DNA from: Collinsella sp.
Lineage (GTDB): Bacteria; Actinomycetota; Coriobacteriia; Coriobacteriales; Coriobacteriaceae
NCBI GenBank assembly: GCA_018382125.1
Contig: JAGZQO010000005.1
Location: 11,195-75,194 of the forward strand
Direction: 5' to 3'
DNA length: 64,000 nt
The notes beneath the pieces are model-generated. The model ran no database searches, was not told the DNA's origin, and worked only from the letters and a program-made list of their open reading frames with translations. Made by a program: the position numbers and the translations under genes. Of the stretch, positions 22,444 through 32,200 are shown piece after piece. Every line of letters begins with the position of its first letter. Position 1 is the first letter of the stretch.

Positions 22444-23691
22444 CTAGATCAGGTCCTCCGCATCATCGAAGGCGTCGGTGTCGTGGACACCGCAGAATCG
22501 GGAGCCGGGACGAGCCTGGTTGCGGCACTGGATGCCGTCCTCGGACACGTACTCGCAGCGGCGGACGTCCTCGTCCTCCTCGTCACCGATCAGGTCGGCG
22601 GCGGGCTCCTCGTGAACGGGAACGTTCTTGAGGATGTCGGCGGCAAGCGTCTCGGACTTGATGTCGATGTGCCAGCCGGTCAGGCGCGCGGCGAGGCGGG
22701 CGTTCTGGCCCTCCTTGCCGATGGCGAGGGACAACTGGTCGTCGGGCACGATGACGCCGGCGTAGGCCTTCTCCTCGTCGATGAGGACGCGGGTGACCTT
22801 AGCGGGCGACAGGGCGTTGGCGACGTAGACGGCAGGATCGGCATCCCACAGGATGACGTCGACGCGCTCGCCACGGAGCTCGCCCACGACAGCGCGGACA
22901 CGGCTGCCCTTGGGGCCGACGCAGGCGCCCACGGGATCCAAACGGTCGTCGAGCGAGTGAACGGCGACCTTGGAGCGCTGGCCGGGCTCGCGGGCGATCG
23001 ACTTGATCTGGACGGTGCCCTCATAGATCTCGGGCACCTCCTGCTCAAACAGACGACGCATGAGCTCGGGGTGGGTACGGGAGATGACAATCGGCGGACG
23101 GCTGTGCTCGCCACGAACCGGCTGCAGGTTGGAGTTGGGGTCGCGAACGTCGATGATCACGGCCTTGATGTGCTGGTTGTGCAGGTAGCGCTCGCCCATC
23201 GGACGCTCGTTGCGCTCGTTCTCGTAACGGCGCTGGTCGAAGTGCGGAAGCTCGGCCTCGACGCCCTCGCGAATCTTGACGATCGTGAAGTCGGGCGTGG
23301 ACTGCAGCACGGTACCGCTGATGAGGTCACCGATGCGGCCGGAGAACTCCTCGTAGATCTGCTCGCGGGCGGAGTTGCGCACGATGGCGTTGATCTCGGC
23401 CTTGGCGTGCTGGGCGGCGATGCGGCTCGTGTTCTTGGGGGTGACGTCGATCTCCTCGAACTCGGTGAAGTTGCCCTCCTCGTCCATGGAATCGTCGATC
23501 GGCTCCAGGCGGTAGACGTAGATCTTGCCGGTGGTGCGGTCGATGGTCACCTTGGCGCCCCACTCAAGATGCAGGATCTCGGCATAGCTCTTGGCGAGCG
23601 ACTGCTCCAGGCGGTCGATCAGGTAGAGCTGGTCGATGTGCTTCTCCTGGCAAAGCTCCATCAGGGCGGACATCATGTCGGATGCTGCCAT
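22444..23691 (-). CDS. nusA: Transcription termination/antitermination factor NusA
   Basis: [37 protein letters not shown]. Confidence 0.97.
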   Translation of the reverse strand: MAASDMMSALMELCQEKHIDQLYLIDRLEQSLAKSYAEILHLEWGAKVTIDRTTGKIYVYRLEPIDDSMDEEGNFTEFEEIDVTPKNTSRIAAQHAKAEINAIVRNSAREQIYEEFSGRIGDLISGTVLQSTPDFTIVKIREGVEAELPHFDQRRYENERNERPMGERYLHNQHIKAVIIDVRDPNSNLQPVRGEHSRPPIVISRTHPELMRRLFEQEVPEIYEGTVQIKSIAREPGQRSKVAVHSLDDRLDPVGACVGPKGSRVRAVVGELRGERVDVILWDADPAVYVANALSPAKVTRVLIDEEKAYAGVIVPDDQLSLAIGKEGQNARLAARLTGWHIDIKSETLAADILKNVPVHEEPAADLIGDEEDEDVRRCEYVSEDGIQCRNQARPGSRFCGVHDTDAFDDAEDLI

Positions 23692-23692
23692 C

Positions 23693-24187
23693 TTACTTTC
23701 CTTCCTTCGCGGGCTTGAAGTCGTAGGTGGGCTTCAACTTGCACTTTTTAACATCAGAGAAATCGAGGGTAACGGACTCGCCGCCCTCGAGCTCAAGGGT
23801 CACGTTCGTCTCGGTGGCGGCGGCAATCTTGCCGGCGTACTTGCGACGACCCTCGGTGGCGGTGGAGGTGAGCTCGCAGTTCTCGCCCACAAAGCGGGCA
23901 AAGTCGCACGGGCGGCGTAGCGGGCGCGCCATGCCCGGGCTCGACACCTCGAGCGTATAACTCGAAGAGATGGGGTCGAGCTCCTCAATCACATCGCCGA
24001 CCCATTTGGTGTTGGCCGTGACGTCGTTGAGCGACAGGCTCTGACCCTCGGCACCCTCGATACGCACGCGCACGCAGGGGGCCTTGGTGGCACCCACGAG
24101 CTCGACGTCGACGATGTCGACATCGTGCTGGGGAGCGACGGCCTCGAGCGCGTCGATGATCGCCTGCTCGGTCTTGGTCTTGACCAT
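23693..24187 (-). CDS. rimP: Ribosome maturation factor RimP
   Basis: YTLEVSSPG motif; first gene of the nusA-infB operon; ATG with GGAGG RBS. Confidence 0.95.
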   Translation of the reverse strand: MVKTKTEQAIIDALEAVAPQHDVDIVDVELVGATKAPCVRVRIEGAEGQSLSLNDVTANTKWVGDVIEELDPISSSYTLEVSSPGMARPLRRPCDFARFVGENCELTSTATEGRRKYAGKIAAATETNVTLELEGGESVTLDFSDVKKCKLKPTYDFKPAKEGK

Positions 24188-24206
24188 TGCGGCACCTCCA
24201 TCCATA

Positions 24207-24240
24207 CAAAAAAGAAGCGGGGCCGAAACCCCACTTCTTT
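24207..24240 (-). promoter_or_regulatory. Leader terminator/attenuator upstream of rimP-nusA
   Basis: AAAGAAGTGGGG-TTTCGG-CCCCGCTTCTTTTTTT just 5' of the rimP RBS. Confidence 0.65.
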
Positions 24241-24380
24241 CAATTACAACTTCATTTGCAAGCAAACTATACCAATAGCTGCGGAAACGTGCAAGCACAG
24301 TACGAATCTGCAGGTCAGCGTGCGCACAGCTTCTCCACAAGAATAGGACAATTGACCGCAGACATCAGGGCAGGTACATG

Positions 24381-24422
24381 AAAAACGAGGGACGACCCAA
24401 CCGGATCGCCCCTCGTCTTTTA
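24381..24422 (-). terminator. leuS terminator
   Basis: acgaggg...ccctcgt hairpin with flanking A/T runs. Confidence 0.6.
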
Positions 24423-24445
24423 TGCGTCAGTTAAGCGCGCAATGC

Positions 24446-27022
24446 TTACTTGACCACCAGGTTGACCAGCTTGCCAGGCACGCAGATGGCCTTGACGACC
24501 GTCTTGCCCTCAAGCCACTTGGCGACGGCGGCCTCGGCGGCAGCCTGCATATCCTCATTAGAGGCATCGCGGGCAACGTCGACACGACCGCGAACCTTAC
24601 CGAGCACCTGGACCACGATCTGCACCGTGTCCTCAACGGACTCGGCCAGGTCGAACTCGGGCCAGGCGGCGGTGTAGGCGTTGCCCTCGCAGCCGAGGGC
24701 CTCGTGCCACAGCTCGTCGGCCCAGAACGGGCAGATGGGCGCCAGGACGCTCACGATATCCTTAGCCACGCCATAGCACAGCGCCTTGTCGCGCGCGGTA
24801 CCCTCGGTGGCGTTGAGGTAGGCGCTCGCCGCGTTGACGAGCTCCATGACGGCCGAGATCGCGGTGTTAAACTGGCCGCGGTCAAAGTCCTCGGTGCACT
24901 TGGCGATGGTGCGGTGACGCTCGCGATAGAGCTTCATCGCAACCTCGTCGAGCGCGGACTTGTCGAAGGCCACGTTGGCGTCGCCGGACTGGACGAGCTG
25001 CCAAACGATACGCCAGGCGCGCTTGATGAAGCGGTTGGCGCCCTCAACGGCCTTGGGATCCCAGTCGAAGTCCTTCTCGGGCGGGGCGATAAACAGGATC
25101 GCCAAACGCATGGTGTCGGCGCCGTAGGGCTCGATGACCGAGCTCGGGGGCACGACATTGCCCTTGGACTTGGACATGGTGTCGCCGTTCTCGTCCTTGA
25201 CCATGCCCTGGCACAGCAGGTTGGTGAAGGGCTCGTCCACGCTCAGCAGGCCCAGGTCGCGCAGTGCCTTGGTAAAGAAGCGGCTGTAGAGCAGGTGCAG
25301 AATAGCGTGCTCGATGCCGCCGATGTAGTTATCGACGGGCATCCAACGGTCGGCGGTCTCACGGGAGAAGGGCAGCTCGGTGTTGTGCGGATCGGTATAG
25401 CGCAGGTAATACCAGCTGGAGCAGGTGAAGGTGTCCATGGTATCGGTCTCGCGCTTGGCCGGGCGACCGCAGACCGGGCAGGTGGTCTCGTAGAACTCCT
25501 TGCACTCGGCGAGAGTCTCGCCGGCGCCCAGGTCCAGGTTCTCGGGCAGCGTCACCGGCAGCTGATCCTCGGGCACGGGCACGATACCGCAGTGCTCGCA
25601 GTGAATGGCCGGGATGGGGTTGCCCCAATAGCGCTGACGGGAAATGAGCCAGTCGCGCAGACGGAACTCGACCTTGCGACGACCGCAGCCCATGGCCTCG
25701 AGGTCGGCCACGATCGCAGCCTCGCCCTCGGAGTGCTTACCGCCGCGCATGCCGGTGTACTTGCCGGACTGGACGAGCGTGCCCTCGGCAGCGTGGGCGC
25801 AATCCCAGTCGACGGTCTCGGCATGGAAGGTATCGATGGTCTCGCCGCTGGCCTCGACGGCAGCGCGATCGTCATCGTCCAGGATGATCGGTACGATCGG
25901 CAGGTCGTACTTGCGGGCGAACTCAAAATCGCGCTGGTCGCCGCAGGGAACGGCCATGACGGCGCCGGTGCCGTAGTCGGCAACGACATAATCGGCAACC
26001 CACACGGGAACCTTCTCGCCGTTGACGGGGTTCACCACGTAGCGGCCCGTAAAGGCACCGTGCTTCTCGAGGGTGCCCTGGGCACGCTCGACAGCAGAGA
26101 TATGCTTGGAGTCCTCGACGATCTTAGTGACGGCCTCCTCGTACTCCGTGCCCTCGACGAGCTCGTGAAGACGGGCGTACTCAGGAGCCAGGACAAAGAA
26201 GGACACACCAAAGAGCGTATCGGCACGCGTGGTGAAGACGGTGATCTTACCCTCGTCGCCCTCGATGGGCTCGCCATCCTGGTCGCAAAGGGTAAAGTCA
26301 ACCTCGGCGCCCTCGGAGCGACCGATCCAGTTGGCCTGCATCTGCTTGACGCGCTCGGGCCAGCCGGGGAGCTTCTCCAGGTCGTCGAGCAGCTCCTGGG
26401 AGTACTCGGTAATCTTGAAGTACCACTGCTCAAGGTCGCGCTTCTCGGGCTCGGTGCCGCAGCGCCAGCACTTGCCCTCGGTGACCTGCTCGTTGGCCAG
26501 AACGGTCTTGCAGTTAGGGCACCAGTTGACCGGGTTCTTCTTGCGGTAGACCAGGCCCTTTTCCCACAGCTTCTCAAAGATCCACTGACCCCAACGGTAG
26601 TAGTCGGGGCTGCAGGTCTTGACCATGCGATCCAGATCGTAGGAGAAGCCCATGCGCTTCATCGTGGCGAGCGCCTGGTCCATGTTCTTATACGTCCAGG
26701 CGGCAGCTTGCGTGTTGTGCTTGATGGCGGCGTTCTCGGCAGGCAGGCCAAAGGCGTCAAAGCCGATGGGGTGCAGCACGTCGTAGCCGCGCATGCGGGC
26801 CTGACGGGCCATGGCATCGCCGATGGTATAGTTGCGCGCGTGGCCCATGTGCAGGTCGCCCGACGGATACGGGAACATCTCGAGCACATACTTCTTGGGC
26901 TTGCTCTCGTCGGTGTCGACGGCAAAGAGGTTGGAGTCCTCCCAGGCCTTCATCCACTTGGACTCAATGGCCTGCGCGTCGTAGGCAGGGATCTCGTCCT
27001 TATGATCTGTGCAATCGCACAT
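24446..27022 (-). CDS. leuS: Leucine--tRNA ligase
   Basis: [33 protein letters not shown]. Confidence 0.98.
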   Translation of the reverse strand: MCDCTDHKDEIPAYDAQAIESKWMKAWEDSNLFAVDTDESKPKKYVLEMFPYPSGDLHMGHARNYTIGDAMARQARMRGYDVLHPIGFDAFGLPAENAAIKHNTQAAAWTYKNMDQALATMKRMGFSYDLDRMVKTCSPDYYRWGQWIFEKLWEKGLVYRKKNPVNWCPNCKTVLANEQVTEGKCWRCGTEPEKRDLEQWYFKITEYSQELLDDLEKLPGWPERVKQMQANWIGRSEGAEVDFTLCDQDGEPIEGDEGKITVFTTRADTLFGVSFFVLAPEYARLHELVEGTEYEEAVTKIVEDSKHISAVERAQGTLEKHGAFTGRYVVNPVNGEKVPVWVADYVVADYGTGAVMAVPCGDQRDFEFARKYDLPIVPIILDDDDRAAVEASGETIDTFHAETVDWDCAHAAEGTLVQSGKYTGMRGGKHSEGEAAIVADLEAMGCGRRKVEFRLRDWLISRQRYWGNPIPAIHCEHCGIVPVPEDQLPVTLPENLDLGAGETLAECKEFYETTCPVCGRPAKRETDTMDTFTCSSWYYLRYTDPHNTELPFSRETADRWMPVDNYIGGIEHAILHLLYSRFFTKALRDLGLLSVDEPFTNLLCQGMVKDENGDTMSKSKGNVVPPSSVIEPYGADTMRLAILFIAPPEKDFDWDPKAVEGANRFIKRAWRIVWQLVQSGDANVAFDKSALDEVAMKLYRERHRTIAKCTEDFDRGQFNTAISAVMELVNAASAYLNATEGTARDKALCYGVAKDIVSVLAPICPFWADELWHEALGCEGNAYTAAWPEFDLAESVEDTVQIVVQVLGKVRGRVDVARDASNEDMQAAAEAAVAKWLEGKTVVKAICVPGKLVNLVVK

Positions 27023-27045
27023 ATCAGCTCCTTTAATCTTAGCTG

Positions 27046-27164
27046 GGGTCGGGCGGCTTGGCTTTATTCGCTACTGCGGACAGTCCTGCGCAAGACGAAG
27101 AGCACATTAAGTGCTCTTCTTTGCGTGCGGAACTTGTAGCGAACAAAGCCAAGCCGCCCGACCC
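27046..27164. repeat. 119-bp long hairpin immediately upstream of the leuS RBS
   Basis: 29-bp arms GGGTCGGGCGGCTTGGCTTT(A/G)TTCGCTAC plus inner GAAGAGCAC/GTGCTCTTC stem. Confidence 0.85.
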
Positions 27165-27198
27165 TAAGGTTAACTTGACTGATGATAGCAAATACGAC

Positions 27199-27234
27199 AA
27201 GCGAGATGCCTGCGACTTGCGGGCATCTCGCTTT
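27199..27234 (-). terminator. Putative guaB terminator
   Basis: aagcgagatgcc...ggcatctcgctt hairpin. Confidence 0.6.
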
Positions 27235-27281
27235 ATCTAAATAACGTGGTTGAAACTCAACCTTTATGTGAGGCTCTTACC

Positions 27282-28793
27282 TTATCGATAAGATACGGAC
27301 TGCTGAGAATCCTTCACGACTACATCGTGGGCGCCGCCTTCGACGATCGAGGTCGAGCTCACCAGGGTCAGGCGTGCCTTTTCCTGAAGCTCGGGGATCG
27401 AGAGGGCACCGCAGTTGCACATCGTGGACTTGACCTTGTAGAGCGTGCCGCCCACGCCGTCTTTGAGGGAGCCGGCATAGGGAACATAGGAGTCGACGCC
27501 CTCGACGAAGCTGAGCTTCGCGGCGCCGCCCAGGTCGTAGCGCTGCCAGTTGCGGGCACGCGCAGAGCCCTCGCCCCAGTACTCCTTCATGTACTGACCG
27601 TTCACGTTGACGCGCTCAGTCGGGCTCTCATCAAAGCGGGCGAAGTAGCGGCCCAGCATCATAAAGTCGGCGCCCATGGCAAGGGCGAGCGTCATGTGGT
27701 AGTCGTAGACGATGCCGCCGTCGGAGCACACGGGCACGTAGACGCCGGTCTCCTCGTAGTACTCGTCGCGAGCACGGCAGACATCAATCAGCGCGGTGGC
27801 CTGGCCACGGCCGATACCCTTGGTCTCACGGGTGATGCAGATGGAGCCGCCGCCGATACCGACCTTGATGAAGTCGGCACCACAGTCGGCCAGGAAGCGG
27901 AAGCCCTCGGCGTCGACGACGTTACCGGCACCAACCTTGACGTCCTCGCCGTAGTTGGCGCGGATCCACTCGATAGTGCGCTTCTGCCACTCGCTGAAGC
28001 CCTCGGAGGAGTCGATGCACAGAACGTCGGCACCGGCCTCGATGAGCAGCGGCACGCGCTCGGCATAGTCGCGGGTGTTGATACCGGCGCCGACCATGTA
28101 GCGCTTGTCGTTATCGAGCAGCTCGTTGGGGTTGCTCTTGTGGCTATCGTAGTCCTTGCGGAAGACGATGCCCATGAGGTGATCGTTATCGTCGACGATG
28201 GGCAGGGCGTTGAGCTTGTTGTCCCAGATGACGTCGTTGGCGACCTTGAGGCTGATGTTCTTGTCGCCCACGATGAGCTGCTCACGCGGGGTCATGAACT
28301 CGGAGACCTTCGTCTGGTGGTCATCGCGACTGGGACGATAGTCACGGCTGGTGACGATGCCCAGGAGCTTACCCTTGGGAGTGCCGTCGTCGGTAACCGG
28401 CATGGTGGAGTGACCGGTCTTCTCCTTGAGCTCGATGACCTGCTCCATGGTCATGTCGGGGGTCAGCGTGGAATCGGACTGAACGAAGCCGGCCTTGTGA
28501 TCCTTGACGGCCTTGACCATGGCGGCCTCGGACTCGGCGCTCTGGGAACCGTAAATGAAGGACAGGCCACCCTCGGTAGCGAGCGCGACACCCATGTCGA
28601 CGCCCGAGACGGACTGCATGATGGCGGAAACCATGGGGATGTTCAGGGTGATTGCCGGCTTCTCACCGCGCTTAAAGCGGGTTAGCGGCGTCTTAAGAGA
28701 GACGTTGTTGGGAATGCACTGCGAGGACGAGTAACCAGGGACCAGCAGATACTCCGAAAACGTGTGGGACTCACCGGGAAAGAACGTAGCCAT
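27282..28793 (-). CDS. guaB: Inosine-5'-monophosphate dehydrogenase with CBS domains
   Basis: [20 protein letters not shown] (catalytic Cys), SDGG, YWGEGS. Confidence 0.95.
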   Translation of the reverse strand: MATFFPGESHTFSEYLLVPGYSSSQCIPNNVSLKTPLTRFKRGEKPAITLNIPMVSAIMQSVSGVDMGVALATEGGLSFIYGSQSAESEAAMVKAVKDHKAGFVQSDSTLTPDMTMEQVIELKEKTGHSTMPVTDDGTPKGKLLGIVTSRDYRPSRDDHQTKVSEFMTPREQLIVGDKNISLKVANDVIWDNKLNALPIVDDNDHLMGIVFRKDYDSHKSNPNELLDNDKRYMVGAGINTRDYAERVPLLIEAGADVLCIDSSEGFSEWQKRTIEWIRANYGEDVKVGAGNVVDAEGFRFLADCGADFIKVGIGGGSICITRETKGIGRGQATALIDVCRARDEYYEETGVYVPVCSDGGIVYDYHMTLALAMGADFMMLGRYFARFDESPTERVNVNGQYMKEYWGEGSARARNWQRYDLGGAAKLSFVEGVDSYVPYAGSLKDGVGGTLYKVKSTMCNCGALSIPELQEKARLTLVSSTSIVEGGAHDVVVKDSQQSVSYR

Positions 28794-28986
28794 GTTTCTC
28801 CTTTTTCCATGCGACCGGTCGGCTGCAGGCCTCGTAGGACCCAGCCCAACCTTGGGCGCCCAATACTGGGGAAGTATCTTAACGCACTTTGACTGCTACA
28901 ATGCATGATTTAAGAAGAGCACACGAGGGTTTGACGCAGGCTTTGCGTTTGCCCAGCAAACACTTTAGCGGGGAGACGTGGAGCGT

Positions 28987-29331
28987 ATGGAGTACAAGAC
29001 GACGGCAAAGTTGGTCATTCAAGCGTGCGACAAAGATCTGCCGGGCGTGTTTGGACACGGCTGTGTCTTGCTGCTGCAGGGTATCGCCCGCGAGCACTCG
29101 CTCAACCGCGCCGCCAAGAGCATGGGCATGGCGTATTCCAAGGCCTGGCGCATTGTAAACGAGGCAGAAGGTCAGCTGGGCTGCAAGCTCATCGAGCGCG
29201 ACGGCGCCCGCGGATCCACGCTCACGCCCGCCGGAGAGCGAGCCATAGCGGCCTACGAGGAGCTGCAGACCGACATCAACAACGTCATTGCCACCAAAGC
29301 AAACGACCTCATCGCCAGCATCAAAGAGTAG
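28987..29331 (+). CDS. Stand-alone ModE-type winged-HTH regulator (no TOBE domain)
   Basis: SLNRAAKSMGMAYSKAW...GSTLTPAG pattern of the ModE N-terminal domain. Confidence 0.85.
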   Translation: MEYKTTAKLVIQACDKDLPGVFGHGCVLLLQGIAREHSLNRAAKSMGMAYSKAWRIVNEAEGQLGCKLIERDGARGSTLTPAGERAIAAYEELQTDINNVIATKANDLIASIKE

Positions 29332-29370
29332 CCAATTTGGGACGGGGCTTTTAGCTACCCAACCCCTTCT

Positions 29371-29445
29371 CATAAGTTGCGGTGAAGTAGGGACTGTTTA
29401 TGCGGTTAAAGCCGTAAATCAATCCCTATTTCACCGCAACTTATG
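29371..29445. repeat. 75-bp palindrome between convergent genes
   Basis: CATAAGTTGCGGTGAA...TTCACCGCAACTTATG; 16-bp perfect outer arms that continue imperfectly inward. Confidence 0.85.
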
Positions 29446-29463
29446 GAGTCGAGGATGATTTAG

Positions 29464-30456
29464 CTAGTTGCGGAGGGCGTTATCTAGGGCGGACGCTACG
29501 ACCAGGGGGTTGTCGGTGCCGGCGAAGAGGCGGATGGTGCTCCCCTGCTTGCCGCGCGTGGCCGAGAGGCGCGTCGTTGCGCCGCCGGCAGGCGATGTGC
29601 GAAACTCCCCCGGCAAAGCGTCGAACAGCTCTCCCGCGCTACGCTCGATAAGGTCAAATTCAACTGCCGGGCCAAAACCATGCTCGAGGATTCCCGTTGC
29701 AACCGCATGGTCGGGATGAGAGCTCAGCCCGGGATAGCGCACGTTGCGCACCATCTCGTTGGCGGCCAGATACTCGGCCAGCGCACGTGCGCGGTCAAAG
29801 TGAGCCTGCATGCGAGCGTCGAGCGAGTCGAACCCGCGCTCCAGCACAGCGGCCTCGTCAGCAGGCAAATCAAGCTTGGCCAAGCCACAGCCCTCAAGCA
29901 GGGCATGCGCGCACTCGGCAGCAGCATCCACATGATGGCGTTTGAGCTGCGACCGCGCCACCGAAGCGGCAACGAGTTTGCACGGAGCCTTGCCGGCGCA
30001 CACGCGATCGAGCGCCTCAAGCGACAGCGCAGCACCCAGCCGCAGCGGATCGCAGCCAAAAGCCGACGCCACGATGTTGTCCACAACCAGCAGCGCGTGG
30101 GCCTCACGAGCAGCGCGGCCCAGAGCGCGCAGATCGGGCACACGCAGACCAAAGCCACCGATTGAGTTAACAAACCACCACAGGTGCGACCCCTCGGCAT
30201 CAAACGAAGCATCAAAGCCCTCGGACGCGGCAGCAAACGCATCGGCGGACCCCGAGCCCACCAGCGCGACATCGCAGCCATCAAAGCCGCGCGCAAACGC
30301 ATCGACAAAGTCGTCCGCAAAGGCCACCAGGCGGTCACCGGGACGCACAATACCCAGCAGCGACAGAGCCGCCGGCACATGCGGGGCCGCAACAAGACGC
30401 GCCTCACGCGCGCCGGTCCTTACAGCCCAGGCCTCTTCTAGCTGCTGTACATCCAC
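29464..30456 (-). CDS. Divergent Cys/Met-metabolism PLP-dependent enzyme homologue (probable pseudoenzyme)
   Basis: LLVVDN, VRYPGLSSHPDH, GFG and C-terminal IRL.AG.D motifs of the cystathionine gamma-synthase/lyase fold; the SxTK lysine position reads ALDR. Confidence 0.7.
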   Translation of the reverse strand: MDVQQLEEAWAVRTGAREARLVAAPHVPAALSLLGIVRPGDRLVAFADDFVDAFARGFDGCDVALVGSGSADAFAAASEGFDASFDAEGSHLWWFVNSIGGFGLRVPDLRALGRAAREAHALLVVDNIVASAFGCDPLRLGAALSLEALDRVCAGKAPCKLVAASVARSQLKRHHVDAAAECAHALLEGCGLAKLDLPADEAAVLERGFDSLDARMQAHFDRARALAEYLAANEMVRNVRYPGLSSHPDHAVATGILEHGFGPAVEFDLIERSAGELFDALPGEFRTSPAGGATTRLSATRGKQGSTIRLFAGTDNPLVVASALDNALRN

Positions 30457-30477
30457 AAGGCATCGCCCCTTCATAAG

Positions 30478-30514
30478 CAAAAACCCACGATGCGGGTGTT
30501 CCCCTCATCGTGGG
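30478..30514 (-). terminator. Terminator-like hairpin after the GH32 gene
   Basis: cccacgatg/catcgtggg stem followed by a U-run on the minus strand. Confidence 0.55.
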
Positions 30515-30552
30515 CAACGGCTGCAGTATAGCGCCGATATGCGACGAAACGC

Positions 30553-32094
30553 CTAGATATTGAGCGTGTGATAGTTCACGCTCGCACCCGGAGCGTCAAC
30601 GGTCACGCCATAGGCCTCGGGATAGATGCGCGTCGAAAACACGAGCGCGCCATCGTTCACAAACACCTCGACCGACGAGACATCACCAACAATGCGCACA
30701 TTACGAACCTCGTCGATGGGCTCCCAGCGCATGGTACGACCGCAGCCGGCAGAAGCGCGACCCTCATCGGTAAATCGCATCTCAAAGCGCGAGGGCAGTT
30801 CGTCCCCAGCGGGCACAAGCGCCAGCTTTAGCTCGCCATCAACGGTCGCGGTAAACGCGCCGTCGACACCGTCAACAACAACGTCAAAGCAGGTATCGCC
30901 GGCAACCTCCAAAGAGCCCTCCCCCACACGCACCGAGGCATAATGGAGCTCGATCTCGCGCGCCGGCTGCTGCAGCACCACGCCGCCGTCACCGGCCGTA
31001 AGCTCGCGCGGCACTGTCATGCAGTGCTGCCAGCCGCACGCCACGGTGGGCGCATTGTCATAGGTCGGCTCATCGGGCATGCCCATCCAGCCGATCAAAA
31101 TGTGGCGACCATCCTCGGACGTAAACTCCTGCGGAGCATAGAAGTCAAAACCGGCGTCCCACAGGCGGAACTCGCCCAGCTCATAAGCGTCATTGCCACC
31201 GGTAATGTCGCCCGTTACAGGCATGTAGCCAGCAGCGTATACGTTGCCGCGGTCCCAACGGCCGCCCTCAAGCCCCTGGGGAGAGAAGGACAGCCACTTC
31301 GCCGGCACACCACCATCCGCCTCAAGCTCCAGATACCCCGGGCACTCCCACATAAAGCCAAAGCGCTCGGACGTAGAAACACGGCTCTCGAGCTCCCAGC
31401 TCAGCATATCGGGCGAGCCATACACCAGGATCTCGCCCACATCGCGCCCGGCACCCTCGCCGTGCATCGCACAAAAACGGCTCTCGACATGCGGCCCGTC
31501 CACGCGACGACGCGCGCCCAGCACCATGTGATTACGCCCATCATCATCGCGCCACACCTTGGGGTCACGCACGTGGCAGGTCAAATCCTCGGGATAATCC
31601 TCGGACGCCAACACCACGCGCTTTTGGCTGAACTCCCGACCGGCAAGGCCATCAACGCTCTCGACATAAACAGTATCGGCGCGGCGGCCGGTATTGACGT
31701 AGTCGTACGTGCCGTCCGCATCGGAAAGCTTCACGTTGCCCGTGTACAGTACGCGAATGCGACCGTCTTCGGCAAGCGCGGAGCCCGAATACACGCCATG
31801 GCAATCGAACGGCTCGTCGGGCAGCAGTGGAGCGCCCACGTAATCCCACGTCATAAGGTCGCGACTCGTCGCATGACCCCAAGCCTTAACGCCACCCTCG
31901 ACATCAAACGGCGCATACTGAAAATAGGCATGGAACACGCCGCCCGCCTGGCAAAGACCGTTGGGGTCGTTGAGCCAGCCAGCCGGCGGCATAATATGGA
32001 AGCGCTGGCCATACACGCCATGACCGCACTCAGAGGCGGCGGCGTCAACAGCGGCAACCAACTTTGCAAGGTCGCGGCCAAGTGCATTAGACAT
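30553..32094 (-). CDS. scrB: GH32 sucrose-6-phosphate hydrolase / beta-fructofuranosidase
   Basis: WLNDPNG, RDP, WECP, DFYAPQ catalytic motifs; adjacent to a sucrose PTS gene. Confidence 0.9.
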   Translation of the reverse strand: MSNALGRDLAKLVAAVDAAASECGHGVYGQRFHIMPPAGWLNDPNGLCQAGGVFHAYFQYAPFDVEGGVKAWGHATSRDLMTWDYVGAPLLPDEPFDCHGVYSGSALAEDGRIRVLYTGNVKLSDADGTYDYVNTGRRADTVYVESVDGLAGREFSQKRVVLASEDYPEDLTCHVRDPKVWRDDDGRNHMVLGARRRVDGPHVESRFCAMHGEGAGRDVGEILVYGSPDMLSWELESRVSTSERFGFMWECPGYLELEADGGVPAKWLSFSPQGLEGGRWDRGNVYAAGYMPVTGDITGGNDAYELGEFRLWDAGFDFYAPQEFTSEDGRHILIGWMGMPDEPTYDNAPTVACGWQHCMTVPRELTAGDGGVVLQQPAREIELHYASVRVGEGSLEVAGDTCFDVVVDGVDGAFTATVDGELKLALVPAGDELPSRFEMRFTDEGRASAGCGRTMRWEPIDEVRNVRIVGDVSSVEVFVNDGALVFSTRIYPEAYGVTVDAPGASVNYHTLNI

Positions 32095-32200
32095 ATCAAA
32101 GTCCTAACGGATCGAAAGTTACAAGGCGCCAGAGATCGGCACCAGATACGGGAAACGCCCGCGAGCATACAACCCGCGGGCACCCCTCAATCAAAAACTC

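Noticed and set aside
27030..27190. T-box riboswitch upstream of leuS
   Set aside because: No T-box consensus or stem I/specifier features; the region is a simple long hairpin
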